DNA of 64,000 bases from Promethearchaeota archaeon (GCA_048938855.1 JBHLLT010000010.1:1-64000); one strand, 5' to 3'; counted from the first letter of the stretch, positions 19,170 to 29,271 are shown. Notes: a model not told the origin generated them from the sequence alone. Numbers and translations are program-made.

Positions 19170-20300
19170 TCATCCAAATGCTTCTAAATCTAATTTCGAT
19201 CTTTTATTCAATTCATCTAAAATTTTAAAATATTCAGAACTTCTCTCTTCAAAATATTCAATAACTTTCCTTTCATCTGTGTCTAGATAGGAATAATATG
19301 GAAAAATAATATCAATACGCTTTGAAAAATCCTCCATTAATTTATCATACCATTCATTTGGTTTCTGTAATAAGCTTAGAATTTTTTTTGATAACTTTTT
19401 TCTTCTATTCTCATATTTTTCTTTATCATTTTTTCCAATCAATCCATCTAATTCATCATAAGCTGAAGCTATTACTTTTTCTATTTTTTCTCTAAATTTT
19501 GGTATACGATATGATTTTTTAAAAAATTCAGGATCCCACTCATATAAATACTTTTCATCATCCTCAGCGATATCCTCATCATCTGTAATAATAATATCTT
19601 CCTTAGGTACTAATATTAACCCATAATTCCTTTGTAACTGAGCTAGAGCTTTTTTTCGGAGAACCTCATCAATATATTCAATTTCTTTTAAAACCTTATC
19701 AATGTTTCTATTTACATCTTTTATAACCTTTTCAATTTTCTCAAGCATTTTTTTCTCTTCTAATTCACATTTCATTTCAATTAAATTATAAGATGAGGAA
19801 AGACCTAACTCAGGATCTTTTAATCTTAAACCTGCCATTCCTAGTACATGTTGACTGGAACCCTTCTTACAATGATCAAAAATTAACCCTACAGCGTAAG
19901 GATTAGGGATCTGATAACCGAGTTGAGTCATACAGTCGATAGGACTGTAAAAAAATCCAAATCCGGGGTGAGTGTGAAACCAACCTATAATAAAATCCTT
20001 TTTTTCGTCTTGAATAGATCGTTCATACACAGTTGCATCAATTTGAGACATATCAACATATTGTTTATTTTCGAATTGTACTCCTGCTCTACTGCCAACA
20101 ACCATCGGAATTGCGTCTTTCACGATCACTGTTGCATTTTCTTCAATAGAGCCCACTAATATACCATATACTTCACGCCACTTATCTGGATTTTGATTGT
20201 CATCAGCATACCTTATCGCATACCCCACAATCCTCTCATATGCTTTTACTGTTAATAATACCGGTGCGTGAAAGGGGTCAATTTTTTTACTTTTCTTCAT
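19170..20300 (-). CDS. MPN+/JAMM metalloprotease (Rpn11/CSN5-like) with long helical C-terminus
   Basis: EVYGILVG...GWFHTHPGFGFFYSPIDCMTQ gives an intact E/HxH/S/D JAMM motif. Confidence 0.9.
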   Translation of the reverse strand: MKKSKKIDPFHAPVLLTVKAYERIVGYAIRYADDNQNPDKWREVYGILVGSIEENATVIVKDAIPMVVGSRAGVQFENKQYVDMSQIDATVYERSIQDEKKDFIIGWFHTHPGFGFFYSPIDCMTQLGYQIPNPYAVGLIFDHCKKGSSQHVLGMAGLRLKDPELGLSSSYNLIEMKCELEEKKMLEKIEKVIKDVNRNIDKVLKEIEYIDEVLRKKALAQLQRNYGLILVPKEDIIITDDEDIAEDDEKYLYEWDPEFFKKSYRIPKFREKIEKVIASAYDELDGLIGKNDKEKYENRRKKLSKKILSLLQKPNEWYDKLMEDFSKRIDIIFPYYSYLDTDERKVIEYFEERSSEYFKILDELNKRSKLDLEAFG

Positions 20301-20418
20301 AACTTCAAAATTTAGTGCTACTTTATCATATATTGTATTAAATTTAATTCTTAATCTATATAGAATTTAAACAAAGTCAAAATATTTAAATTATATTTAA
20401 TGGAATTTTTATTTAAAA

Positions 20419-20958
20419 ATGAAAGTAATAGCAATTTGCGGTCTTCCCGGTTCTGGTAAAACAACTGCAATTGAAGCAATTAAAGATTTAGGGATAATTG
20501 TAACTATGGGTGATGTCGTTCGAGAGGAAGTTAAAAATAGGAATTTAGAACCCTCTGGAAATAATATAGGTAAAATTGCTAAAGAACTTCGTGAAAAAAA
20601 TGGTCCCGCAATCATTGCTGAAAAATGTGTAGAATTGGTAAAAAGAAAGAATGAAAAAATTATTTTCATTGATGGTGTTAGATCTATTTCTGAAGTCATG
20701 GTCTTTAGAAAATACTGGACTTTCCCTATTATAGCTATTATAGTTGAGGAAGAAAAGAGATTCAAACACCTTTTTGAAAGGAATCGAAGTGATGATCCAA
20801 AGACTTTGGAAGATCTGAAAGAGAGAGATAAAAGAGAAATTGAATTTGGCCTCGATAAGGTTCTAGAAATTGCTGAATATAGAATATATAATAATTCTTC
20901 CATTGAGGATTTAAAGAAAAAAACAAGAAAAATTGTGTTGGAAATTATACAAAACTAA
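20419..20958 (+). CDS. P-loop kinase, archaeal UPF0200/dephospho-CoA-kinase-like
   Basis: GLPGSGKT, MGDVVREE, IDGVRS, RSDD, RDKRE. Confidence 0.85.
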   Translation: MKVIAICGLPGSGKTTAIEAIKDLGIIVTMGDVVREEVKNRNLEPSGNNIGKIAKELREKNGPAIIAEKCVELVKRKNEKIIFIDGVRSISEVMVFRKYWTFPIIAIIVEEEKRFKHLFERNRSDDPKTLEDLKERDKREIEFGLDKVLEIAEYRIYNNSSIEDLKKKTRKIVLEIIQN

Positions 20959-20973
20959 TGAACATTATTAAAC

Positions 20974-21888
20974 TCATTTTAAGTAATCAACAATAATCTT
21001 TGCTAATGAGACCTTACATACTTCATTATCAATTGAATCTGTTCCAATAATTTCATCTGCACCAGCCTTTATTATCTTAAATTTTGCTTGTCCTAGTAAT
21101 AATGCATGACTTGCGACAGCAAAAACTTTTTCAGCTCCACAATCTTTCGCTAATTCTATCGCAGATGTCATTGTGCCCCCTGTAGAAATAATATCATCTG
21201 CTATAACAACATTTTTATCTTTAAGATTTAATGTACCACTCATTTTTATTTCACCAGTTTTAACATCTCTTACTTTTTCAAATACTTCTACTGGTACATC
21301 TTCGCCGAAGTGGTTAGCAAAAGCTCTAGATCTCTCAACAGCACCTTTATCGGGGGCTACTACTACAATATTTTGGATACTTTTTGATTTGATATAATCC
21401 GCAAGTAATTTCATAGAATCAATATTAATTGCTTTACATGAACACTCAGTTAAAACAATTGGTGCATGAACATCTACAGAATATAGTTCGTCTATTCCTA
21501 GATTATTAATCATAGTGATAACTACATTTGCGAATTGACTCTCTCCTGGTCTGAATATTTTGTCTTGGCGTGAATAAGCCAAATAAGGAATGACAGCAAC
21601 AATTTTTGAAGCACCCATACGTTTAACTGAATCGATCATCATAAAAAGTTCCATTAGTCTATCATTTTGATTACCAGAAGCACTAGGTCCCGTTGATTGT
21701 ACAATAATCACTTCCTTTCCTGCAATTAACGTTTCATCTTCGATGTTAATTCTAAGATAGCTTTCTCCATCTGGAAATTTTTTAACTTCAGTATTTATTG
21801 ATTCAATACCGAGTTCATGAGCTATTTTAACTCCAAGAATTTGTGAGGCTGGTCCAACAATTACTATTTTTTCCAAAAATTTCACCAA
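20974..21888 (-). CDS. prs: Ribose-phosphate pyrophosphokinase
   Basis: KFPDGE, PYLAYSRQD, VDVH, APDKGA, DDIISTGGT. Confidence 0.97.
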   Translation of the reverse strand: MVKFLEKIVIVGPASQILGVKIAHELGIESINTEVKKFPDGESYLRINIEDETLIAGKEVIIVQSTGPSASGNQNDRLMELFMMIDSVKRMGASKIVAVIPYLAYSRQDKIFRPGESQFANVVITMINNLGIDELYSVDVHAPIVLTECSCKAINIDSMKLLADYIKSKSIQNIVVVAPDKGAVERSRAFANHFGEDVPVEVFEKVRDVKTGEIKMSGTLNLKDKNVVIADDIISTGGTMTSAIELAKDCGAEKVFAVASHALLLGQAKFKIIKAGADEIIGTDSIDNEVCKVSLAKIIVDYLK

Positions 21889-21927
21889 CTAATGTGATAA
21901 TTGATATATAATTTATAATTCCCTCTC

Positions 21928-22659
21928 TTATAATTCTTTCAAGAATTCTATAATATGTTTAAATAGATGATCTTTATGACTTTCAAATGAATGGCCTCCA
22001 TTTTCATAAACTAACACGTTCTCTTCGCTTAATCCTAAATGCTCCTTAATTTCAAGAACATTGCTAAATGGAATTTTTTTATCATCCTTGCAATGAGCAA
22101 TAAGGATTCTTTCATTATTGCTTGGATTATTTATTAGAAAATATTTTGGACTTATTATTTTAGACATGTTTACTTTAAGATCACTAGGAATTTTTATTTG
22201 AACGGTTGAATAATCATATCTAGCGCAGAGAGCTATTAATTTTTTTACGCGATCGTCTTTAAAACCATATGTTAAAACTATAGCACCCCCATAACTTCTT
22301 CCAAAAAGAAAAATATTTTTTTCTAAAATTCTATTGGATTGATTCTCCAAAACCCAACTTACAACTTCATAAACATCTGAAAATATTTTTGGAGTTAATC
22401 TATAGAGTTCAAATTTATCGATATTGTTTCTATTCTCTCCATGACCTCTATAATCATAAGATAAAACATAGTATTTCTCTTTTGCAAATCTATCAATAAA
22501 ATCTTTAACAAAATCGCTACCTCGATGAGCTAGAAAACCAGATAAAAGAATAATCCATGGAGCTTTTAATGGAGTGTCTGGTGTATAATAGATTGTTCCT
22601 TTCAGCTTGATATTATCTTTTATAGGAATATCAACATCTTCAAATTCCAAATTTTGCAT
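21928..22659 (-). CDS. Alpha/beta hydrolase
   Basis: DYRGHG, GRSYGG nucleophile elbow, Asp in HCKDD, GGH. Confidence 0.9.
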   Translation of the reverse strand: MQNLEFEDVDIPIKDNIKLKGTIYYTPDTPLKAPWIILLSGFLAHRGSDFVKDFIDRFAKEKYYVLSYDYRGHGENRNNIDKFELYRLTPKIFSDVYEVVSWVLENQSNRILEKNIFLFGRSYGGAIVLTYGFKDDRVKKLIALCARYDYSTVQIKIPSDLKVNMSKIISPKYFLINNPSNNERILIAHCKDDKKIPFSNVLEIKEHLGLSEENVLVYENGGHSFESHKDHLFKHIIEFLKEL

Positions 22660-22661
22660 GA

Positions 22662-23108
22662 TTAACAGAATTGTTTATTATAGTTATATTTTTTAATCGC
22701 ATTTTTTAATGTCATAAGCACTAAATTAACATAATGGATTTCATCGGGGGGTATTCCCTTCAGAGCTTTGATTAAATTATCAGGTTTTAATTTTATTGCA
22801 TAATCAATTGACTTTCTTGTGATCATGATTGTCAATTGCGAGGCTATTGCAATCACTACACCACACCCATCTGTTATAAAATTAGCTTTAACAATAATAT
22901 TATTCTCAATTTTTAAGTATATTCCTAGGAAATCTCCATTCTGTTCATCTTGGCTTTCTTCATATACAGTTATTTCTTCAAGAAGAGGTTTTCCCCAATT
23001 CTGAGGACTATAAAATAATTCTACTATTTTTTTACTGTGATCTTTGATATCTTTTTTAATTATTCTATTCTGTAGTTTTTTTACGAATTCATCAAATTCA
23101 TTTGTCAT
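22662..23108 (-). CDS. IscU/NifU-N-like scaffold protein, degenerate
   Basis: PQNWG, (N)GD..IYLKI, F.TDGC, GIPPDEIH. Only one of the three Cys ligands is retained. Confidence 0.75.
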   Translation of the reverse strand: MTNEFDEFVKKLQNRIIKKDIKDHSKKIVELFYSPQNWGKPLLEEITVYEESQDEQNGDFLGIYLKIENNIIVKANFITDGCGVVIAIASQLTIMITRKSIDYAIKLKPDNLIKALKGIPPDEIHYVNLVLMTLKNAIKKYNYNKQFC

Positions 23109-23205
23109 TGTTTATCAATGAAGAGAAAATAACTTAATACATTATTACATTCTTTCATAAATAAGAATTTAATTTTTATATTCTTTATAAAACTGTGGTC
23201 GATAA

Positions 23206-23685
23206 TTGGACTTCAAAGATTTCCATGATGGTTTGCTTTCAATTTCTTTAATTATATTTATCTTTTCAATAACGCTTATGATAACTTCAATTGTATTAAA
23301 TCCATTTATAGGAGGTCAATCACAAGAAAGAGATTTAATAATTATTTTAAGTTCAATAAATATTTTATTTTCAATTTATTATATCTGGAATGTCATTAAG
23401 TTAGAAAAAGTTTTTAGATTAGAGACTAAAAATATTATAAGATTTGCTAAAAGGATAGGGATTATCACTTTAATTTATCTACCCCATGTCGTTCTATTTA
23501 TCTTCCTTCTTTTTCAAAATTTAAATAATTTAGAATTTTTAATGATCGCTATTATTATTCTTATGGAGAGTTTTTTGATTGGAGTTGTATTAAAAGAAGT
23601 TTATGATATAATATTTATAGAAGAATCTCAAAGAGACACTAAAATCGAATTAGATCGCAAAAAGTATATCAAAACTAGGAAATAA
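23206..23685 (+). CDS. Hypothetical 4-TM membrane protein
   Basis: 159-aa ORF with four hydrophobic segments. Confidence 0.6.
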   Translation: MDFKDFHDGLLSISLIIFIFSITLMITSIVLNPFIGGQSQERDLIIILSSINILFSIYYIWNVIKLEKVFRLETKNIIRFAKRIGIITLIYLPHVVLFIFLLFQNLNNLEFLMIAIIILMESFLIGVVLKEVYDIIFIEESQRDTKIELDRKKYIKTRK

Positions 23686-23734
23686 CCTAAATTTCATGAA
23701 AAAATTAAAGTTGAAATAAGATTGTATTATTATT

Positions 23735-24964
23735 TTATCTTTTGGCTAACTTCTCTATAGCTGAATCAATCATTTTTAATTTGGTAGAATATTTCTCCAT
23801 AAGATCAGCAAATTTTTCAACATCGATCTCATTATTTTCTTTTAATGATTTTAATTCATTTATAGTTCTAATGACTCCTGCTTTTTGATCGATTAGCTTC
23901 TCTTTTTTACTATAGGGGATTTTGTCTTCCAATTTCTTTTTTTGGTATGATTTAAATCTTTTAATATTTAGATCTTTTGGCACAAATTTGGTAAGATAAA
24001 TTATACTTTTTGGGACAAAAGGGGCGAGATTTTCTGGAATAATAATTATTGGTTCGGGATCTTGTATCTTTTTTATTTCTTCATAATCTAATTGCTCTAA
24101 ATCATTTTCTTTTAGATTGTCTTTCACAATTGATAGATTTAACTCAATATTTTCTTTTTCTTCGCTTGAAAGTGATAATGTATTTAACATTTCCTCCCAA
24201 ATATCTTTTGCTTTTACGAAATACCATGAAGCTTTTTGGTGTAATTTTGATACCTTCTCTTTATTAATTGTCGTAATTGAAGATTCTAAGGATGCACGTG
24301 CCTTAAGAAAGCAAGCTTTTCCCATATCATAATGAAATTGAGCTCTAATTTGTTGTTTCTTTTTCTCTTCATGCTTTTTCAAATAGAATAGTCGCTTTGA
24401 TAACATACTAAGACCAGCATATAGTTTTGATGCAAAATAAATATTGTTATTAGTTTCTTCTCTTAATGCTGCAATACTCTGGGCGATAATTCTAGATTCC
24501 TCTGAATTTAACTCAAGGGTTTCAGAACTAAGAACTTCTCCCTTTTCTTTTTGATATACAACAGCAGCACTAAAATAAGCAGATGTTTTATACATTTTAC
24601 TACATTCTGTCATTGCTATAATTGCATTTTCCCATTCCTCTTCTTCTTCATATTTTTCAGATAATATGGAATAGGCCTTTGCCATAATCCATAAAGCACG
24701 TGAGCATTCAAACATGATATCTTGAACTTCTATTTCTTTATTTGCCTTAGGATCATAAAAAGTGGGAGTTATATCTAATTCTTTTAATATTTCTACATGA
24801 TTCTCATTTTTATAATTTATATTGAGAATCTTAGTATATTCTAATATTAAATTTAAATCATCCAAACTAAATTGTTCATCTTCTTTTTCTAAAGCATCTT
24901 CTAAATGTTTAGTTTTAAAGTGAAGATACCTTATTCTTCTCATGGTTTCTTCATCAAAAATCAT
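23735..24964 (-). CDS. Hypothetical all-helical (TPR/solenoid-like) protein
   Basis: 409-aa ORF with Ala/Tyr-rich amphipathic helices and a short C-terminal helical domain. Confidence 0.6.
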   Translation of the reverse strand: MIFDEETMRRIRYLHFKTKHLEDALEKEDEQFSLDDLNLILEYTKILNINYKNENHVEILKELDITPTFYDPKANKEIEVQDIMFECSRALWIMAKAYSILSEKYEEEEEWENAIIAMTECSKMYKTSAYFSAAVVYQKEKGEVLSSETLELNSEESRIIAQSIAALREETNNNIYFASKLYAGLSMLSKRLFYLKKHEEKKKQQIRAQFHYDMGKACFLKARASLESSITTINKEKVSKLHQKASWYFVKAKDIWEEMLNTLSLSSEEKENIELNLSIVKDNLKENDLEQLDYEEIKKIQDPEPIIIIPENLAPFVPKSIIYLTKFVPKDLNIKRFKSYQKKKLEDKIPYSKKEKLIDQKAGVIRTINELKSLKENNEIDVEKFADLMEKYSTKLKMIDSAIEKLAKR

Positions 24965-25127
24965 ATCAGAACCAGCAATTTTTCAATAAATTTTAGTTAC
25001 TTAACATTATTTTATTGTTGCTTTAAAATCTTTTGATGAAATTTTTAAGTCCATTAAGAATTTTGAATAATAAGTTTCAATGATTTATTTATAAGTTTGC
25101 AGAACAATTTATAAAAAACGGTGGAAA

Positions 25128-26432
25128 TTGAAAAAAAATAGATTATTTATTTTTGAATTTGTTTCTGGCGGTGGTTTTTCTAACACAGCTATTCCAACTT
25201 CACTTTTTTGTGAAGGCTTTGGTATGCTAAGATCGATAATTGAAGATTTTAGTTTATTGGATTTTGAAATTTATTCAATGATTGATTACAGGATATCCTT
25301 TCTATCTGAATTGATCAAGACTGATAATCTAATAGAGGTTAACAAACAAGATAATTTTATAAAATTATTTAAGGATTTAGTAAGAAAATGTGAATATGTA
25401 TTTATCATTGCTCCAGAATCTTCTAACATTCTATATAATCTAACAAAAATTGTCAAGAAATATGATAAAACTATCTTGAGTACAAATTTAAAAGGAATAG
25501 AATATGGGACATCAAAACTCAAAACTTATAAAATATTTAAAAGAAATAAAATTTTAACTCCTAAAACATATGTAATACCCTATAAAAAGCAAGTTCTTGA
25601 TATTGAGTTTATAGTCCATAAATTTAGTAAATTAGAAGCACCTATTATTATTAAGCCCGAAGATGGAGTTGGAGCAGAATGTATTCACTATTTTGAAAAA
25701 GAATCTCAAATACTAAATTTTTTCACAGAATATGTTCCAGATTTAGAAACAAAAAGGAGATATGTAATCCAAGAATTTATCAATGGAAGAGATTTAAGCC
25801 TATCTTTAATAGGATCCCCAAATTTATATGTAAATCCCTTAATTTTAAGTGTGAATACTCAAAATATTGATATCAAGAATAAGTTTTCTGAATATTATGG
25901 AGGGTATACCCCCGTTGAAAATCATATAGAACTTTTTAATCAGATATCATTTATTACTAATAAATTAACTAGCCTTAAAATTGAAGGTTACTTTGGAATT
26001 GATTTCATAGAGGATAATAATAAATCTACTGTTTTAATTGAAATAAATCCTAGATTAACTACATCATATATAGGATTAAGAAGAATACTAAATTTCAATT
26101 GTGCGGAATTAATCTTTAATTCTAAGTTCAAAAATGTCGATGAATTTCAAATTGATATTAACAAATTTTCTTACTTTACACGTATTGATTTTGTTATTAA
26201 TAATTTTGAAAAAAGAAATTTAAAATATAATGATTTGATGCCTCTATTAATGAAAGAAATTCCTGAAATTATTACTCCTCCTATTTCGCTTAATGAAAAT
26301 AATCAATTCTCTTGTTTTATTGCTACACAAACATTAGATTTAGATTCATCAAAAGTTAGAATTAATGAAATTATTACGACAATAGAGAATTTGAACTTTA
26401 GTGTCATTAAACCAAAAAAACTAATATTATAG
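25128..26432 (+). CDS. ATP-grasp ligase, MfnD (tyramine--glutamate ligase)-like
   Basis: FEFVSGGG...EG..ML, IIAPE, IIKPEDGVG, QEFING, GYFGIDF, EINPRLTTSY. Confidence 0.8.
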   Translation: MKKNRLFIFEFVSGGGFSNTAIPTSLFCEGFGMLRSIIEDFSLLDFEIYSMIDYRISFLSELIKTDNLIEVNKQDNFIKLFKDLVRKCEYVFIIAPESSNILYNLTKIVKKYDKTILSTNLKGIEYGTSKLKTYKIFKRNKILTPKTYVIPYKKQVLDIEFIVHKFSKLEAPIIIKPEDGVGAECIHYFEKESQILNFFTEYVPDLETKRRYVIQEFINGRDLSLSLIGSPNLYVNPLILSVNTQNIDIKNKFSEYYGGYTPVENHIELFNQISFITNKLTSLKIEGYFGIDFIEDNNKSTVLIEINPRLTTSYIGLRRILNFNCAELIFNSKFKNVDEFQIDINKFSYFTRIDFVINNFEKRNLKYNDLMPLLMKEIPEIITPPISLNENNQFSCFIATQTLDLDSSKVRINEIITTIENLNFSVIKPKKLIL

Positions 26433-27297
26433 TAAAGCCTCCATAATGAAGTAAAAGTGAAATTATTAGACTGCTTTCGATTTTTAATCCTTTTTTGACA
26501 CATAAACTATATGATAAAAGCCATAAAGACCATACCTGAAAAATGATTAATAGAACTTTATCTAATAAATTAAAGACACTTAAGCTTAATAAGTCAAATA
26601 TATTAAATATTAGATGAATAATAAGATAAAAAATCATTGGATATAGAATTATAGCAAAAGAAATTAAAAATTCTGTTATGCTTTCATTCTTTTTGTAAAG
26701 AAATCGAGAAATGAACTCAACTATTATGAAAAATATAAAAAAGTTTGCTATAAAGCTTAAACTGATTAATATCTGCAAAGGGATATCTAGATTATATTGA
26801 CTAAAGTCGATAAAAAACAATAAGAATGAATAAAAACCATTTAATGCACAAAAAATAATTCCTAAAATGATTATTGATATTGAAATAGTGAGTGAGTATT
26901 TCTTATCCTTTTTATCAAATTGGATAAATCTCTTTGATGTTATCCACATTAATTTACGCAATATCGGAGATTTTAATTCACGATGAGCAAAATCTGGAGT
27001 TTTTATTGTTTCTATATTATTTTTTAAGGAATTATATGCGTACATTCCCAATTCTTTCAAATAATATTTCTTATCTTGTTTCTGTTCAACCAATTCTGAT
27101 AATGTATCTAGATGATGGTATATTGTTCCAGTACTTACCCCAAGTTCTTTTTTAAGTTTAGTAAAAGTACTAAATTCATTCTCTCCGATAATTTTTATTA
27201 TTTTTCTTCGGATATCATGACTTAGGGCATAATAATAACTTGCTTCAGCATCTCGTCCATTTGGTTCATTCTCAGGTTCATTAGTCTTATTTGAAAT
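26407..27297 (-). CDS. ArsR-like winged-helix domain fused to a multi-pass membrane domain; extended 68 codons upstream of the ORF-track start, putative ATT start
   Basis: The in-frame upstream sequence encodes ALSHDIRRKIIKII...FTKLKKELGVSTGTIYHHLDTL (HTH). In-frame TAA at 27306-27304 and GGAGGG 9 nt before ATT 27297. Confidence 0.8.
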   Translation of the reverse strand: MSNKTNEPENEPNGRDAEASYYYALSHDIRRKIIKIIGENEFSTFTKLKKELGVSTGTIYHHLDTLSELVEQKQDKKYYLKELGMYAYNSLKNNIETIKTPDFAHRELKSPILRKLMWITSKRFIQFDKKDKKYSLTISISIIILGIIFCALNGFYSFLLFFIDFSQYNLDIPLQILISLSFIANFFIFFIIVEFISRFLYKKNESITEFLISFAIILYPMIFYLIIHLIFNIFDLLSLSVFNLLDKVLLIIFQVWSLWLLSYSLCVKKGLKIESSLIISLLLHYGGFTIILVFLV

Positions 27298-27299
27298 TC

Positions 27300-27722
27300 T
27301 TAATTACCCTCCGTTCGCTTTTCGATTGTCAACAACATATTTAGTATATTAATTAGTATTAATAGAAATCCTGCAATTCCCAAATAGAAGCCTATACCAG
27401 GATTAAAGAAAGAGGTAATCTCTTGCGCAATGTGATCAATAAAAAATAATACAAAAAATCCTAATCCTATTACAAATATAATAACAGACTTAACCTTTAA
27501 TTCAATTTTATATAAAACTAAAATACTTGCGATCAAACAAATAATTCCGCTTAATAATGGAAATAAATACAGAAAAGAGTCTTCTATAGGAGTTACGCTA
27601 ATGAGAATATATAACTGGATTAAATTATAGTCCGAGAACCATGAAAAAAATTCAGATAAGATTAAAATGATCGAACCAATTAAACCAATAATATATCCAT
27701 TAAAATATTTCTTGAGTTCCAT
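27300..27722 (-). CDS. Hypothetical 4-TM membrane protein
   Basis: Hydrophobic 140-aa ORF (FSWF, GIGFYL). Its stop lies 2 nt before the wHTH-membrane gene. Confidence 0.65.
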   Translation of the reverse strand: MELKKYFNGYIIGLIGSIILILSEFFSWFSDYNLIQLYILISVTPIEDSFLYLFPLLSGIICLIASILVLYKIELKVKSVIIFVIGLGFFVLFFIDHIAQEITSFFNPGIGFYLGIAGFLLILINILNMLLTIEKRTEGN

Positions 27723-27855
27723 AAAATTTCAGAAAAGTTTTTATTAAAAATTAAAAAATTATAAAAATCCAAAAAGAATAATATTAAAATAAATTTCGAA
27801 AATTTTAATTTATCTTATCATTTTCAGATTAATCCGAATAAAGAATTGAGCTAAC

Positions 27856-29271
27856 ATGGCATCACAATCAAATTTGGATATTGAAACGGAATCGATTGAT
27901 CTTTTTAACTACTTAAAAATGGAGATTCCGTTAGAAGACATAAAAGATTATGCTTCCCCAAGGCGTATTACTTCTATAGATTTTGTTAAAGGATTCGCTA
28001 TAATTTTTATAATATTAGCCCACACAGCAAGTGGTTGGCTTGATTTCGATTCATATTATGTATATGGATTGATGTTTGCTTTACTAGATATTTTAGGACC
28101 CTCTTTGTTTGTATTTCTTTCAGCACTCAGTGTGATATTTAGTATTAAAAGAAAGGAAGGACTTGTACATCCTAAAATAATCCGAAATCGAGTTTTTACA
28201 CGAGGGCTTGTAATGATAATAATTGGAATGCTCACTAACATTGTGATTATAGAACCAGGCGTGGGATTTAGGATTGCAATATATGGTTGGAATATAATTA
28301 CATTTATTGGAGTCTCTCAGATTATTTCTTATTATATACTAAAATGGTCGAAATCTGTGCGTATCTCACTCGGAATTTTGATTATTATTGTTTCTCCTTC
28401 AATAAGAGCTATTCTTTATTTAGGAAAATCGGCAGGTATTCCAATTTTAAGTCCAATCATAGCATTCTTCCATTATATTATTACTTCACCAACCCCTCAT
28501 TTAACCCTACTGCCTTGGATTTCAATTTCATTTCTTTCTACTATTTTTGGTGAATATATCTATGAAGCAATGAATAAAGGAACTAAAGATGCATATACTG
28601 GCTTATTTAGGATATTTTTTGTATGGGGGACGATTTTTGTTTTAATTGGTATTTTTGCATATTATCCTAATGGTTTAAATTTCTTAATATGGGAACCCGG
28701 ATGGACATTAGAAACTCCTGCAACTGTGGTTGGGGGATTAAGTGAATATCCTCATTTAGTTAATCTGCTTTACGCTAATTTACAAGATTTCTTCGTGATA
28801 CCTGGAATGCCAAATTTCCTAATTAGAGGTACTAGTGCTAATATGTTTTATAATCAAGGAGCGGCATTGCTGATTATATCAGTTTTTTTTTACTTTATTG
28901 ATATCAAAAATAAATCCAATAATTTTACCAATATGCTAATATATTTTGGAAAAATCTCGCTAAGCTTATTCCTGATACATTTCTTGTTTATTCCCATGTT
29001 CCTTCGTCAATTCAATATTCCCTTCTTTCTAATGGTTAGTCTCTCATATATTGGGTTCCTCGGGATTTTTATGTATATTTGGATGGAATATGGTAAAGGT
29101 GTAGGCTCTCCAGAGTGGTTAATGGTCCAATTAGGTCGAGTCGGTCAGAAGTCAGGTGAAGCTGTCAAAAAAACTACTAAAAAGATGTATGCTAAAATTA
29201 AGAAACGTGAAAAGGTTAAAAAGATGGAAGATTTTATGAAAAAATTGAGTAAAGATAGTGGAGACGAATAA
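27856..29271 (+). CDS. HGSNAT/DUF1624-like transmembrane acyltransferase, paralog 1
   Basis: RITSIDFVKGFAI..IILAH, PSLFVFLS, WNI..FIG, LLPW and about 10 TM segments. Confidence 0.8.
   Translation: MASQSNLDIETESIDLFNYLKMEIPLEDIKDYASPRRITSIDFVKGFAIIFIILAHTASGWLDFDSYYVYGLMFALLDILGPSLFVFLSALSVIFSIKRKEGLVHPKIIRNRVFTRGLVMIIIGMLTNIVIIEPGVGFRIAIYGWNIITFIGVSQIISYYILKWSKSVRISLGILIIIVSPSIRAILYLGKSAGIPILSPIIAFFHYIITSPTPHLTLLPWISISFLSTIFGEYIYEAMNKGTKDAYTGLFRIFFVWGTIFVLIGIFAYYPNGLNFLIWEPGWTLETPATVVGGLSEYPHLVNLLYANLQDFFVIPGMPNFLIRGTSANMFYNQGAALLIISVFFYFIDIKNKSNNFTNMLIYFGKISLSLFLIHFLFIPMFLRQFNIPFFLMVSLSYIGFLGIFMYIWMEYGKGVGSPEWLMVQLGRVGQKSGEAVKKTTKKMYAKIKKREKVKKMEDFMKKLSKDSGDE

Noticed and set aside
20409-20903. 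Longer antisense or overlapping ORFs (also 2474-2788, 5132-5617, 56386-56784, 62205-62513 and similar)
   Set aside because: They lie opposite well-supported genes and show no protein motifs.
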